Of a stretch of 52,551 nucleotides of DNA, positions 45,280-52,551 are shown piece after piece (the first letter of the stretch is position 1; each line of letters begins with the position of its first letter). The position numbers and the translations under genes are program-made. This DNA comes from Candidatus Eiseniibacteriota bacterium (lineage in GTDB: Bacteria > Eisenbacteria > RBG-16-71-46), in the NCBI GenBank assembly GCA_044222065.1, contig JBGAOA010000027.1, positions 1 through 52,551 on the forward strand, written 5' to 3'. The notes under the pieces are model-generated. The model had not been told where the DNA came from and did not search any database. It saw only the letters and a list, made by a program, of their open reading frames with translations.

Positions 45280-47811
45280 ATGGGCTCTCCGTCCTGGGAG
45301 CGACTGCAGGAACTCTTCCACCGCGCGAGCGAACTGCCTCCCGCCGAACGTCCGGCGTTCCTCGATCGCGAGTGCGGCGAAGACGCCGGCCTGCGCGCGG
45401 CGGTCGAAAAGTTGCTCGCGGCGGACGCGCCCGGCACGCCCTCGTTCGGCGGCGTGGTGGCCGACGCCGCGCGCGAATTCGTCGACACCGCCACGGTCGA
45501 GACACCGGGCGCCGAGATCGGGCCGTTCCGGGTGCTGCGGCACCTCGCGTCGGGCGGCATGGGCGAGGTCTATCTCGCCGAGCAGGAGGTTCCCGTCCGC
45601 CGCCGAGTCGCGCTCAAGACCATCAAGCGCGGCATGGACACGACCGAGATTCTCCGCCGCTTCGAATCCGAGCGGCATGCGCTCGCGCGCATGAACCACC
45701 CGAACATCGCGCGGGTGATCGACGCCGGCCGGACGTCCGACGGCCGGCCGTACTTCGCAATGGACTACGTGGACGGCCCTTCGATCACCGAGTACTGCGA
45801 CCGGAAGCGGCTCACGACGGACGAGCGTCTGCGGCTGATCCTGCAGGTCTGCGCCGGGATCCAGCACGCCCACCAGCAGGGCCTCCTCCACCGCGACATA
45901 AAGCCCTCGAACGTGCTCGTCGAGGAGGTCGACGGTCGGGCGGTGCCGAAGCTGATCGACTTCGGCATCGCGAAGGCGCTCGGCGACGATGCCGATCACG
46001 CGACGATGCTCACCGAAGTCGGGCACGTCATCGGCACGCCGGCCTACATGAGCCCCGAGCAGGCGGGCCTCGGTGTTTCCGACGTGGACACCCGCACGGA
46101 CGTCTACTCGCTCGGCGCGCTGCTCTACGAAGTGCTCGTCGGCGCGCCGCCGCTCGAGGCCGGCGCACGCGGGCTCGCGGCGGAGGAACTGCTCCGACGG
46201 CGTATCCGCGAGGAGGAGCCGCCGCGTCCGAGCGCGCGCGTGACGATGTCGTCCGACCGCTCGCGCACGATCGCCGACGCGCGGAGGACGACGTCCGCGA
46301 CCTTGTCGCGCACGCTGCGCGGCGACCTCGACTGGATCGTGCTCAAGGCGCTCGAGAAGGAGCCCGACCGGCGCTATCGCACGCCCGCCGACCTCGCGGC
46401 GGACGTCGGCCGCTACTTCGCGAACGAACCGGTCGTCGCCGGGCCGCCGTCGCGGCTCTATCGCATCCGCAAGTTCGCGCGCCGACATCGCGCGGCGGTC
46501 GTGAGCGCGTCGCTCGTCACGCTCGCGCTCGTCGCCGGCATCATCGGCACGAGCCGCGGGCTCGTGGAGGCGCGGCGCTCCGAGGAGCGAGCCAGCCAGG
46601 AGGCGGCCGCCGCGAACGCGGTCGCGAGCTTCATGAAGAACCTTTTCCTGGATCTCGATCCGTCGCGCTCGAACGGCCGCACGCCCGACGTGAAGGAGAT
46701 CCTGTCGCGCGGCGCGCGGCGCATCCGCACCGAACTGAGCGCGCAGCCGCAGGTGCGCGCGCGCCTGCTCGGTTCCATCGGCGACGTCTACCGCGGGATC
46801 GGCGTGTACGACTCGGCGCGCGGCCTGTCGGTCGAGGAGCGGGAAATCCTGCAGGGGCTCGGCGACACGCTCGGCCTGGAGTGGGCGGACGCGCTCCAGC
46901 GGCAGGGCAGCGTGCACCTGCAGGTCGGGTCGGCCGACTCGGCGCGCGCCGCGTTCCGGCGCGAGCTGGAGATCCGTGAGGCGCAGAAGCAGCCGGACGA
47001 CTACAAGATCGCGAACACGCTGCGGCAGCTCGCGGGCATCGAACTCCGCGAGCACCACTTCCGCGAAGCGCAGCCGCTCTACGAGCGCGAGCTCGCGCTG
47101 CGGGAGAAGGCGGTACCGCGCAACGACGAGCTGGTCATTCAGACGGCGGCGAACCTCGGCATTTCGTTCATCCAGCAGGGCGACTTCGCGCGCGCTCGTC
47201 CGCCGCTCGAGCGGGCGTACGCCTACTACGTCGCCCTGCCCGGGCCCCCGTCCATGAACATCGGGATTGCGAGCGGTCTGCTCGGCTCGCTGTTCATGGC
47301 GCAGGGGGTACAGGACTCGGCGGAGGTCATGTTCCGGAAGTCCTACGACGTGCTCGCGCCCATGCTCGGCCCCGACCACATGGACATCGCCCACACGTGC
47401 ATCGACATCGCGTCGGCGATGGTGGAGCAGGGCAAGGCCGATTCCGCGGAAGTGTGGTGCCTCAAGGCCCGGAGCACGTTCGCGCGCTCGATGAGTGACG
47501 ACGCGGGCGGCGTCGGGCTCGCGGACGGGCTGCTCGGCGAAATCTATCGGCGACAGGGGAAGCTGAAGCTGGCGCGCGAGACGCTCGAGCGCAGCCTCGT
47601 CGCCGAGGAGAAGGCGTGGGGCCTGAAGGACGAACGCCTCGCGAACACGCTCGTGACCTACGCCGCGTGCCTGAAGGATCTCGGCGCGAAGGCCGAGGCC
47701 CTGCGGGCCTCGCAGCGGGCGCTCGACGTGTTCGTGGAGCTGCTGCCCGAAGGGCACACCATGCGAACGCGCGCGCAGACGCTGGTCGACGAACTCGGCG
47801 CGGCGCGCTGA
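45280..47811 (+). CDS. membrane Ser/Thr protein kinase with extracytoplasmic TPRs
   Basis: GGMGEVY, VALK, HRDIKPSN, DFG and GTPAYMSPE; one TM segment; TPR region. Confidence 0.95.
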   Translation: MGSPSWERLQELFHRASELPPAERPAFLDRECGEDAGLRAAVEKLLAADAPGTPSFGGVVADAAREFVDTATVETPGAEIGPFRVLRHLASGGMGEVYLAEQEVPVRRRVALKTIKRGMDTTEILRRFESERHALARMNHPNIARVIDAGRTSDGRPYFAMDYVDGPSITEYCDRKRLTTDERLRLILQVCAGIQHAHQQGLLHRDIKPSNVLVEEVDGRAVPKLIDFGIAKALGDDADHATMLTEVGHVIGTPAYMSPEQAGLGVSDVDTRTDVYSLGALLYEVLVGAPPLEAGARGLAAEELLRRRIREEEPPRPSARVTMSSDRSRTIADARRTTSATLSRTLRGDLDWIVLKALEKEPDRRYRTPADLAADVGRYFANEPVVAGPPSRLYRIRKFARRHRAAVVSASLVTLALVAGIIGTSRGLVEARRSEERASQEAAAANAVASFMKNLFLDLDPSRSNGRTPDVKEILSRGARRIRTELSAQPQVRARLLGSIGDVYRGIGVYDSARGLSVEEREILQGLGDTLGLEWADALQRQGSVHLQVGSADSARAAFRRELEIREAQKQPDDYKIANTLRQLAGIELREHHFREAQPLYERELALREKAVPRNDELVIQTAANLGISFIQQGDFARARPPLERAYAYYVALPGPPSMNIGIASGLLGSLFMAQGVQDSAEVMFRKSYDVLAPMLGPDHMDIAHTCIDIASAMVEQGKADSAEVWCLKARSTFARSMSDDAGGVGLADGLLGEIYRRQGKLKLARETLERSLVAEEKAWGLKDERLANTLVTYAACLKDLGAKAEALRASQRALDVFVELLPEGHTMRTRAQTLVDELGAAR

Positions 47812-47878
47812 CGTCGTGCTCGCTCGGGTCCGCCCCTGTGCGCTCCCGGGTGACGCGAGTGGAGCGCGCGTCCGCGCC

Positions 47879-47912
47879 AAACGAAAGCGCCCGGCTCTGT
47901 GGCCGGGCTCTC
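47879..47912 (-). terminator. intrinsic terminator
   Basis: GCCCGGC/GCCGGGC stem followed by GCTTTCGTTT on the minus strand. Confidence 0.65.
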
Positions 47913-48151
47913 CCGTTCCTTCGCGAACGCGGTGCCCGCGTTCGCCGGTCAAGAGGAAAGGCGCCGCACCCGGGTCTTCAGGTCCCTTGGCGTCGCACTT
48001 TCGACCTCGCGGGCTCAGGGGGCTCTCGGCCCCGGTCTTTACTGAGCGTCGCGCGGCTCTCGACACATCACCGGACGGCTCTCGGCCGCCCTTCGGCGAC
48101 CAATGGCTGCAAGAGCCGTTCCGCGCGGCGCCGAGCGCTCGGACGCCGCGC
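47879..48151 (-). ncRNA. putative ~270-nt structured non-coding RNA
   Basis: Contiguous helices between a sigma70-like promoter and a terminator; no credible ORF. Confidence 0.45.
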
Positions 48152-48156
48152 AAATG

Positions 48157-48186
48157 ATTGTGATGGCGCGGCTGGAGCGGTCTCAA
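48157..48186 (-). promoter_or_regulatory. sigma70-like promoter
   Basis: TTGAGA-N18-CACAAT on the minus strand. Confidence 0.45.
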
Positions 48187-48331
48187 GCGGAATCTGCGCG
48201 TTCACCCCGCGGCGGGCGATTTGTAGCCTCCCGGCTACACCCGCGCGAAATTCCCGACCGCCCGGGCGGGGTGCACGGTCCGGGGCGCCCGGCGACTCCC
48301 GGGGGCCGCGGCTCGGGCGCGCGGTCCGCGC

Positions 48332-49834
48332 TCAGCCCTCGGCCGGGGGCCGCGGTGAGGCGGACGGCATCAGGCCCGCGAGCACGGCCGCGGCGAGTGC
48401 CGTGACGGCCATGACCGCGAAGGCGTCGTGCGTCGCGCGCGCGAAGGCCTCGCGGCCCGCGGCATCGAGCGTGCCCGAGGCGAGCGCGCCGCCGCCGTGG
48501 GCGGCGTAGCGGCTCGCGACGATCGCGGCCGTGGCCGCGGCGCCGGCCGAGATGCCGAGGTTGCGCATCGTCGCCTGGAGTCCCGAGGCGAGGCCGAGCT
48601 GCGCGTGCGGCACGCTCGAGAGCACGGCGCTCGTGTTCGGCACGGTGAAGATGCCGAGCCCGACGCCGACGAGCGCCATGCCGCCGAGCAGGTGCCACGG
48701 TTGCGGCGTCACGCCCACGTGCATGAGCACCGCGAAGCCCGCGGCGGCGAGCGCGAGGCCCGTCACGCCGAGCGGCCGCGAGCCGACGCGATCCGAGCCG
48801 CGCCCGGCGAGCGGCGCGATGAACAGCGCCGCGAGCGGCAGCACCGCGAGCCAGCGGCCGCTCCTGCCCGCGTCGAAGCCGAGCACGTCCTCGAGGTAGA
48901 GCGGCAGGTGGAACCCGATCGCGATCGAGATCGCCTGGCCGAGGAACGTGAGCGTCGCCGCGATCCCGAGCCGGCCGCGCAGGAGCCGCACCGGCAGCAG
49001 CGGATTCGGCGAGCGCGCCTCGCGCGCCGCGAACGCGACGAGCAGCGCGAGGGCGAGCGCGAACGCGGGCCACACCGTCGTGTGCGTCCAGCCGAGCGCG
49101 GGCCCGCGGGACAGCCCGACGAGCGCGAGCACGAGCGAGCCGAACCACAGCGCGGCGCCCGCCGCGTCCACCGGGGTGCGCGCCGCGGCCGGCCGGTCTT
49201 CGGGAATGCGCGCGCGCACTTCGCGCAGCGCGAGCAGGCCGAGCGGCAGGTTGATCAGGAAGATCCAGCGCCACGACAGCGAGGCCACGATGAGACCGCC
49301 GAGGGGCGGCCCGAGCGCGAGCCCGACGCCGACGAGCGCGCCGAACGCGCCGAGCGCCTTGCCGCGCTCTTCCGGCGGGAAGTTGCCGACCAAGAGCGCC
49401 GAGCTGTTCGACGTCATCATCGCCGCGCCGACGCCCTGGAGCGCGCGCGCCGCGACGAGCGTCGCGAGCGACGGCGACACGGCGCACAGCGCCGAGGCGG
49501 CCGTGAACGCGCCGAGCCCGGTCGCGTAGACGCGCCGCCGGCCGAGCGCGTCCGCGAGCCGGCCGAACGCGAGCAGCAGGCCCGTGATCGTGGCGACGTA
49601 GGCGAGCACGACCCACTCGATCGAGGTGATGGGCTTGCCGAACGCGCGCGACAGCGTCGGCAGCGCGATGTTCACGATGCTGATGTCGAGCGTCGCCATC
49701 ACGGTGCCGAGCGCGAGCGCGGGGAACACCCGCCAGCGCGGATAGGCGCCGTTCGATCCAACGGACGCGGCGGCCCCGCGCCAAGAGGAGCCGCCGCGCG
49801 AATCGGTCTCGGAGGTCGTACGCGGCGCGCTCAT
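48332..49834 (-). CDS. MFS drug/H+ antiporter (DHA2, EmrB/QacA-like)
   Basis: LDISIVNIALP, GRLADALGRRR, RALQGVG and WRWIFLINLPLG. Confidence 0.92.
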   Translation of the reverse strand: MSAPRTTSETDSRGGSSWRGAAASVGSNGAYPRWRVFPALALGTVMATLDISIVNIALPTLSRAFGKPITSIEWVVLAYVATITGLLLAFGRLADALGRRRVYATGLGAFTAASALCAVSPSLATLVAARALQGVGAAMMTSNSSALLVGNFPPEERGKALGAFGALVGVGLALGPPLGGLIVASLSWRWIFLINLPLGLLALREVRARIPEDRPAAARTPVDAAGAALWFGSLVLALVGLSRGPALGWTHTTVWPAFALALALLVAFAAREARSPNPLLPVRLLRGRLGIAATLTFLGQAISIAIGFHLPLYLEDVLGFDAGRSGRWLAVLPLAALFIAPLAGRGSDRVGSRPLGVTGLALAAAGFAVLMHVGVTPQPWHLLGGMALVGVGLGIFTVPNTSAVLSSVPHAQLGLASGLQATMRNLGISAGAAATAAIVASRYAAHGGGALASGTLDAAGREAFARATHDAFAVMAVTALAAAVLAGLMPSASPRPPAEG

Positions 49835-49977
49835 GGCGGCCCGCAGGATAGCCCAGCGTTCGCGGAGCGAGGAATCCTCCCCCCGCGGCGGGAATTTCGT
49901 TGACGCCGTGCGACGGGAGTCTCGAAAATCTTCCGCCACCCCCACCGGCCACGACCCTCCTTCCCCCGGAGTCGCTC

Positions 49978-50586
49978 ATGATCCGCACCCGCCGCACACT
50001 CGCGTTGTTCGCCGTCGCCCTCGCCTTCGCCGCGCCGCAGGCCTGTGCCGCGGTGATCGTCTTCACCTCGCAGGCGGCGTTTCAGGCGGCGGCGCCGCTC
50101 GCGACGCTCGCGACGGACCTCGAATCGAAGCCCGTCGGCGTGACGGGAGACTTCTCGCTCGGCGGGCTCGCGTTCTCGTCGGCGCTCGGCAACATGTTCA
50201 TCATCGGCCCGACGCTGCCGGGGACGACGGCTCCGCTGCCGACGAGCCACATGCTGGCGGCGAACGGGCAGGAGGACATCGTCATCACGCTTCCCGGAGC
50301 GGGCAGTCCGGTCTTCGGCTTCGCCCTGCTGACGAACCGCTTCGCGCCGCACACCGCGACGCTGCTCGACGCGTCGGACGCGGCGTTCTTCACGTACTCG
50401 ACCACGCAGCCCGTGAACAGCGTCGGCTTCGTGGGGTTCATCTCGGACACGCCCATCCGCAAGCTGCACTGGGTGGCGAACCACGGCGAGATCGAGAACA
50501 CCGCGCTCGACGATTTCTACGTCGGCCCGCTGCCGACGCCCGCGCGCGCGAGCACCTGGGGCCGCATCAAGTCGCTGTACCGTTGA
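49978..50586 (+). CDS. secreted protein with C-terminal TWGxxKxxY motif
   Basis: GGAG RBS, signal peptide, and C-terminus TPARASTWGRIKSLYR. Confidence 0.85.
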   Translation: MIRTRRTLALFAVALAFAAPQACAAVIVFTSQAAFQAAAPLATLATDLESKPVGVTGDFSLGGLAFSSALGNMFIIGPTLPGTTAPLPTSHMLAANGQEDIVITLPGAGSPVFGFALLTNRFAPHTATLLDASDAAFFTYSTTQPVNSVGFVGFISDTPIRKLHWVANHGEIENTALDDFYVGPLPTPARASTWGRIKSLYR

Positions 50587-50601
50587 TCGCGAGAGGATCG
50601 T

Positions 50602-50637
50602 CGGGCCCGTGCGCGCGCGCACGGGCCCGTTCGTTTC
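50602..50637 (+). terminator. perfect palindrome, probable terminator between convergent genes
   Basis: 28-bp palindrome CGGGCCCGTGCGCGCGCGCACGGGCCCG followed by TTCGTTTC. Confidence 0.7.
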
Positions 50638-51949
50638 AACGTTCCCGCACCCAGCGAATGATCTCGGGCAGGTTCGGCGTCTTGCCGTACATGAGCAGCC
50701 CGGTGCGGAAGATCTTCGCGGACACGCGCAGCGCCAGCAGCGACGTGACGAGCAGCAGCGCGAGGGAGAGGGCGATCTGCCACGGCGGGATGACGGCGCC
50801 GCGCGCGAACATGCGCAGCGTCATGGCCGTCGGCGCCGTCGGCGGGAACAGCGACATCCCGACCGCGAGCGGCGACTGCGGGTTCCCGATGAGCGTCGGC
50901 AGCATGTAGAACGGGATGAAGTTCATGAACGTGAACGTGAGCGCGAACTGGTTCGCCTCGCGCAGGTTGTTCGTCATCGCTCCGATGCCGGTCATGAGAC
51001 TCGCGTAGAACAGGTAGCCGAGCGCGAAGTACCCGATCATGATCGCGATCCGCGCGGGCGGCACCGAGATCGGAATCGCGAACATCGCCGGCCCCGACGC
51101 GACCGCCCCCATCGCGAGCCAGCCGAGCACGAGCGTGAGCCCCGCGCTGCCGAGCCCGATGAGCTTGCCGACCACGAGGTCCTCGGGCGACACGGCGCAG
51201 AGCATGGACTCGAGGATGCGCGACTCCTTCTCTTCGCTCACGCCCTGCAGCAGGTACTGCCCGCCGATCACGATCGTGAGGCCGAGCAGCAGCGCCGAGA
51301 ACATCGGCAGCAGGAACTCGGTGAACTCCGAGGTCGCCTCCTTGAGCGCCCACGTTCCGTCCTCGGCCTTGCGGTACACCTGCGCGCCGCGCGAGGCGCC
51401 GAGCGCGCGCTCGATGATGAGCGAATCGGTGCGGCCGGTGAGGAGCGCGCGCGACAGCCAGCGCGTGACGGGCCGCTCGGACGTCTCGTCGTTGAACATG
51501 TTCTCGGACGCGACGTAGCGGCGCACCCGGCCGCGCTCGAGGTAGTCGGCCGGCACGATCACGACCTGCCGCACCTCGCCGCGATCGAGCGCGTCTAGCG
51601 CCGACGCCTGGTCGTCGAAGAACTCGATCTTCGTCGTCGTCGTGCTCGGCACCGCGGGCGCTGGCGAGGCCGTGCGGCTGCGGCGGCCGATCCGCACCTC
51701 CTCCGAGAAGCTCGACACGATCTCGCGCGGTGCGTTCGCGAGCAGGCCGGACGAATCGACGACGGCGAGCGCCTTGAAGCCCTTGAGCGCCTTCACGGCC
51801 TCGTCCACCTGCGGCTTGATCATGATGAACATGAGGAACGCGTAGAACGCCGGCGTCAGCACGAGCGTGAGCAGGAAGGCCTTGCGCTTGACGGTCGAGA
51901 CGTATTCCCGCCGCGCGATGGTCATCGCGCGCTTCCAGTCGAGCGTCAT
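50636..51949 (-). CDS. ABC-2 type permease (NatB/YhaP-like)
   Basis: IARREY..VKRKAF, VSEEKESRILE and KIFRTGLLMYGK; ATGA overlap with the ATPase gene. Confidence 0.92.
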   Translation of the reverse strand: MTLDWKRAMTIARREYVSTVKRKAFLLTLVLTPAFYAFLMFIMIKPQVDEAVKALKGFKALAVVDSSGLLANAPREIVSSFSEEVRIGRRSRTASPAPAVPSTTTTKIEFFDDQASALDALDRGEVRQVVIVPADYLERGRVRRYVASENMFNDETSERPVTRWLSRALLTGRTDSLIIERALGASRGAQVYRKAEDGTWALKEATSEFTEFLLPMFSALLLGLTIVIGGQYLLQGVSEEKESRILESMLCAVSPEDLVVGKLIGLGSAGLTLVLGWLAMGAVASGPAMFAIPISVPPARIAIMIGYFALGYLFYASLMTGIGAMTNNLREANQFALTFTFMNFIPFYMLPTLIGNPQSPLAVGMSLFPPTAPTAMTLRMFARGAVIPPWQIALSLALLLVTSLLALRVSAKIFRTGLLMYGKTPNLPEIIRWVRER

Positions 51950-52551
51950 CGCGCACCTCCCGTCGCCGGCAGTTCGTCCACGGTCGGCGGCCCGCTCTGC
52001 CCGTGGTCGAGTCCCAGACCCTCGTTCACGACTTTCACGAAGATGTCCTCGAGCGGCAGGATCGCGTGCGCGACCGACTCGAACTCGACGCCGCGGTCGA
52101 GGAGCCCGCGCAGCACTTCGCGCATGCCGGCCCCGGGCGCGAGCGACAGCACGGTCTCGGCGCCGTTCAGGGTGCGCTTCGTGACGCCCGGGATACCGTC
52201 CGGCACGTCGCCGCCGCGCACGACGAGCGAGTGGTCGGAGTGGCGCTTGCGGATCTCGCCGACCGGCCCGTAGAGCACCATGTGCCCGCGATTGATCATG
52301 AGCGCGCGGTCGCACAGCTCTTCCACGCGGTTCATCTGGTGCGTCGAGAGCAGCACGGTCGCGCCCGCGCGCCGCCGTTCCTGCAGCACGTCCTCGAGCA
52401 GCTGCACGTTGAGCGGATCGAGTCCGCTGAACGGCTCGTCGAGGATCATGAGCCGCGGCGATCCGATGAGCGCGGTGCAGAGCTGCACCTTCTGCTGCAT
52501 GCCCTTGCTGAGCGCCTGCACCGGCTTCCCGATCCAGTCGCCGAGCCCGAC
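51946..52551 (-). CDS. ABC transporter ATP-binding protein (NatA/YhaQ-like), 5'-partial
   Basis: LSKGMQQK, ILDEPFSGLDP, LSTH and LEDIF. Confidence 0.93.
   Translation of the reverse strand, partial: VGLGDWIGKPVQALSKGMQQKVQLCTALIGSPRLMILDEPFSGLDPLNVQLLEDVLQERRRAGATVLLSTHQMNRVEELCDRALMINRGHMVLYGPVGEIRKRHSDHSLVVRGGDVPDGIPGVTKRTLNGAETVLSLAPGAGMREVLRGLLDRGVEFESVAHAILPLEDIFVKVVNEGLGLDHGQSGPPTVDELPATGGAR

Noticed and set aside
47940..48110. tmRNA, RNase P, glycine or c-di-GMP riboswitch, or hammerhead ribozyme
   Set aside because: No CCA/T-arm end or tag peptide, no GAGGAAAGUCC, no CUCUCAGG, and the CUGAAGA/GAAA stems do not close properly.
1..52551. CRISPR array, tRNA/rRNA, transposase, integrase, reverse transcriptase
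   Set aside because: No repeat-spacer periodicity or diagnostic motifs were seen.

Overview
Very GC-rich, CG-dinucleotide-rich bacterial chromosomal window with about 38 plausible genes. I see no rRNA, tRNA, CRISPR array, transposase or integrase. C-terminal FlgD-Ig domains and a C-terminal 'STWGRIKSLYR' motif suggest Candidatus Eisenbacteria or a related FCB-affiliated lineage (inference, not verified). Recognisable genes: M1 aminopeptidase, EcxA-like Zn metalloprotease, efp, an HD hydrolase, rho, pduO, a long greA, a B3/4 tRNA-editing protein, glutamine-dependent nadE, an ECF sigma plus Ser/Thr kinase pair, an MFS pump and an ABC exporter. The most notable observations are: (1) a sigma54 module in which a 1690-aa kinase-STAND-TPR-GAF-enhancer-binding protein (bEBP) is followed by candidate enhancer palindromes, a -24/-12 promoter, a small secreted peptide and two degenerate activators; (2) two strongly structured non-coding regions, a leader upstream of the B3/4 gene and an apparently free-standing ~270-nt RNA with its own promoter and terminator; (3) a Rho lacking its RNA-binding OB domain; (4) a nadE that has lost its C-terminus and stop codon; (5) tandem C2-like lipoproteins sharing a conserved upstream motif next to the ECF/kinase pair; (6) a His-rich three-gene cluster with a shared EaWADWL motif; (7) a decayed cassette region at 16.9-18.9 kb. 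All domain calls come from motifs read by eye; no searches were run.
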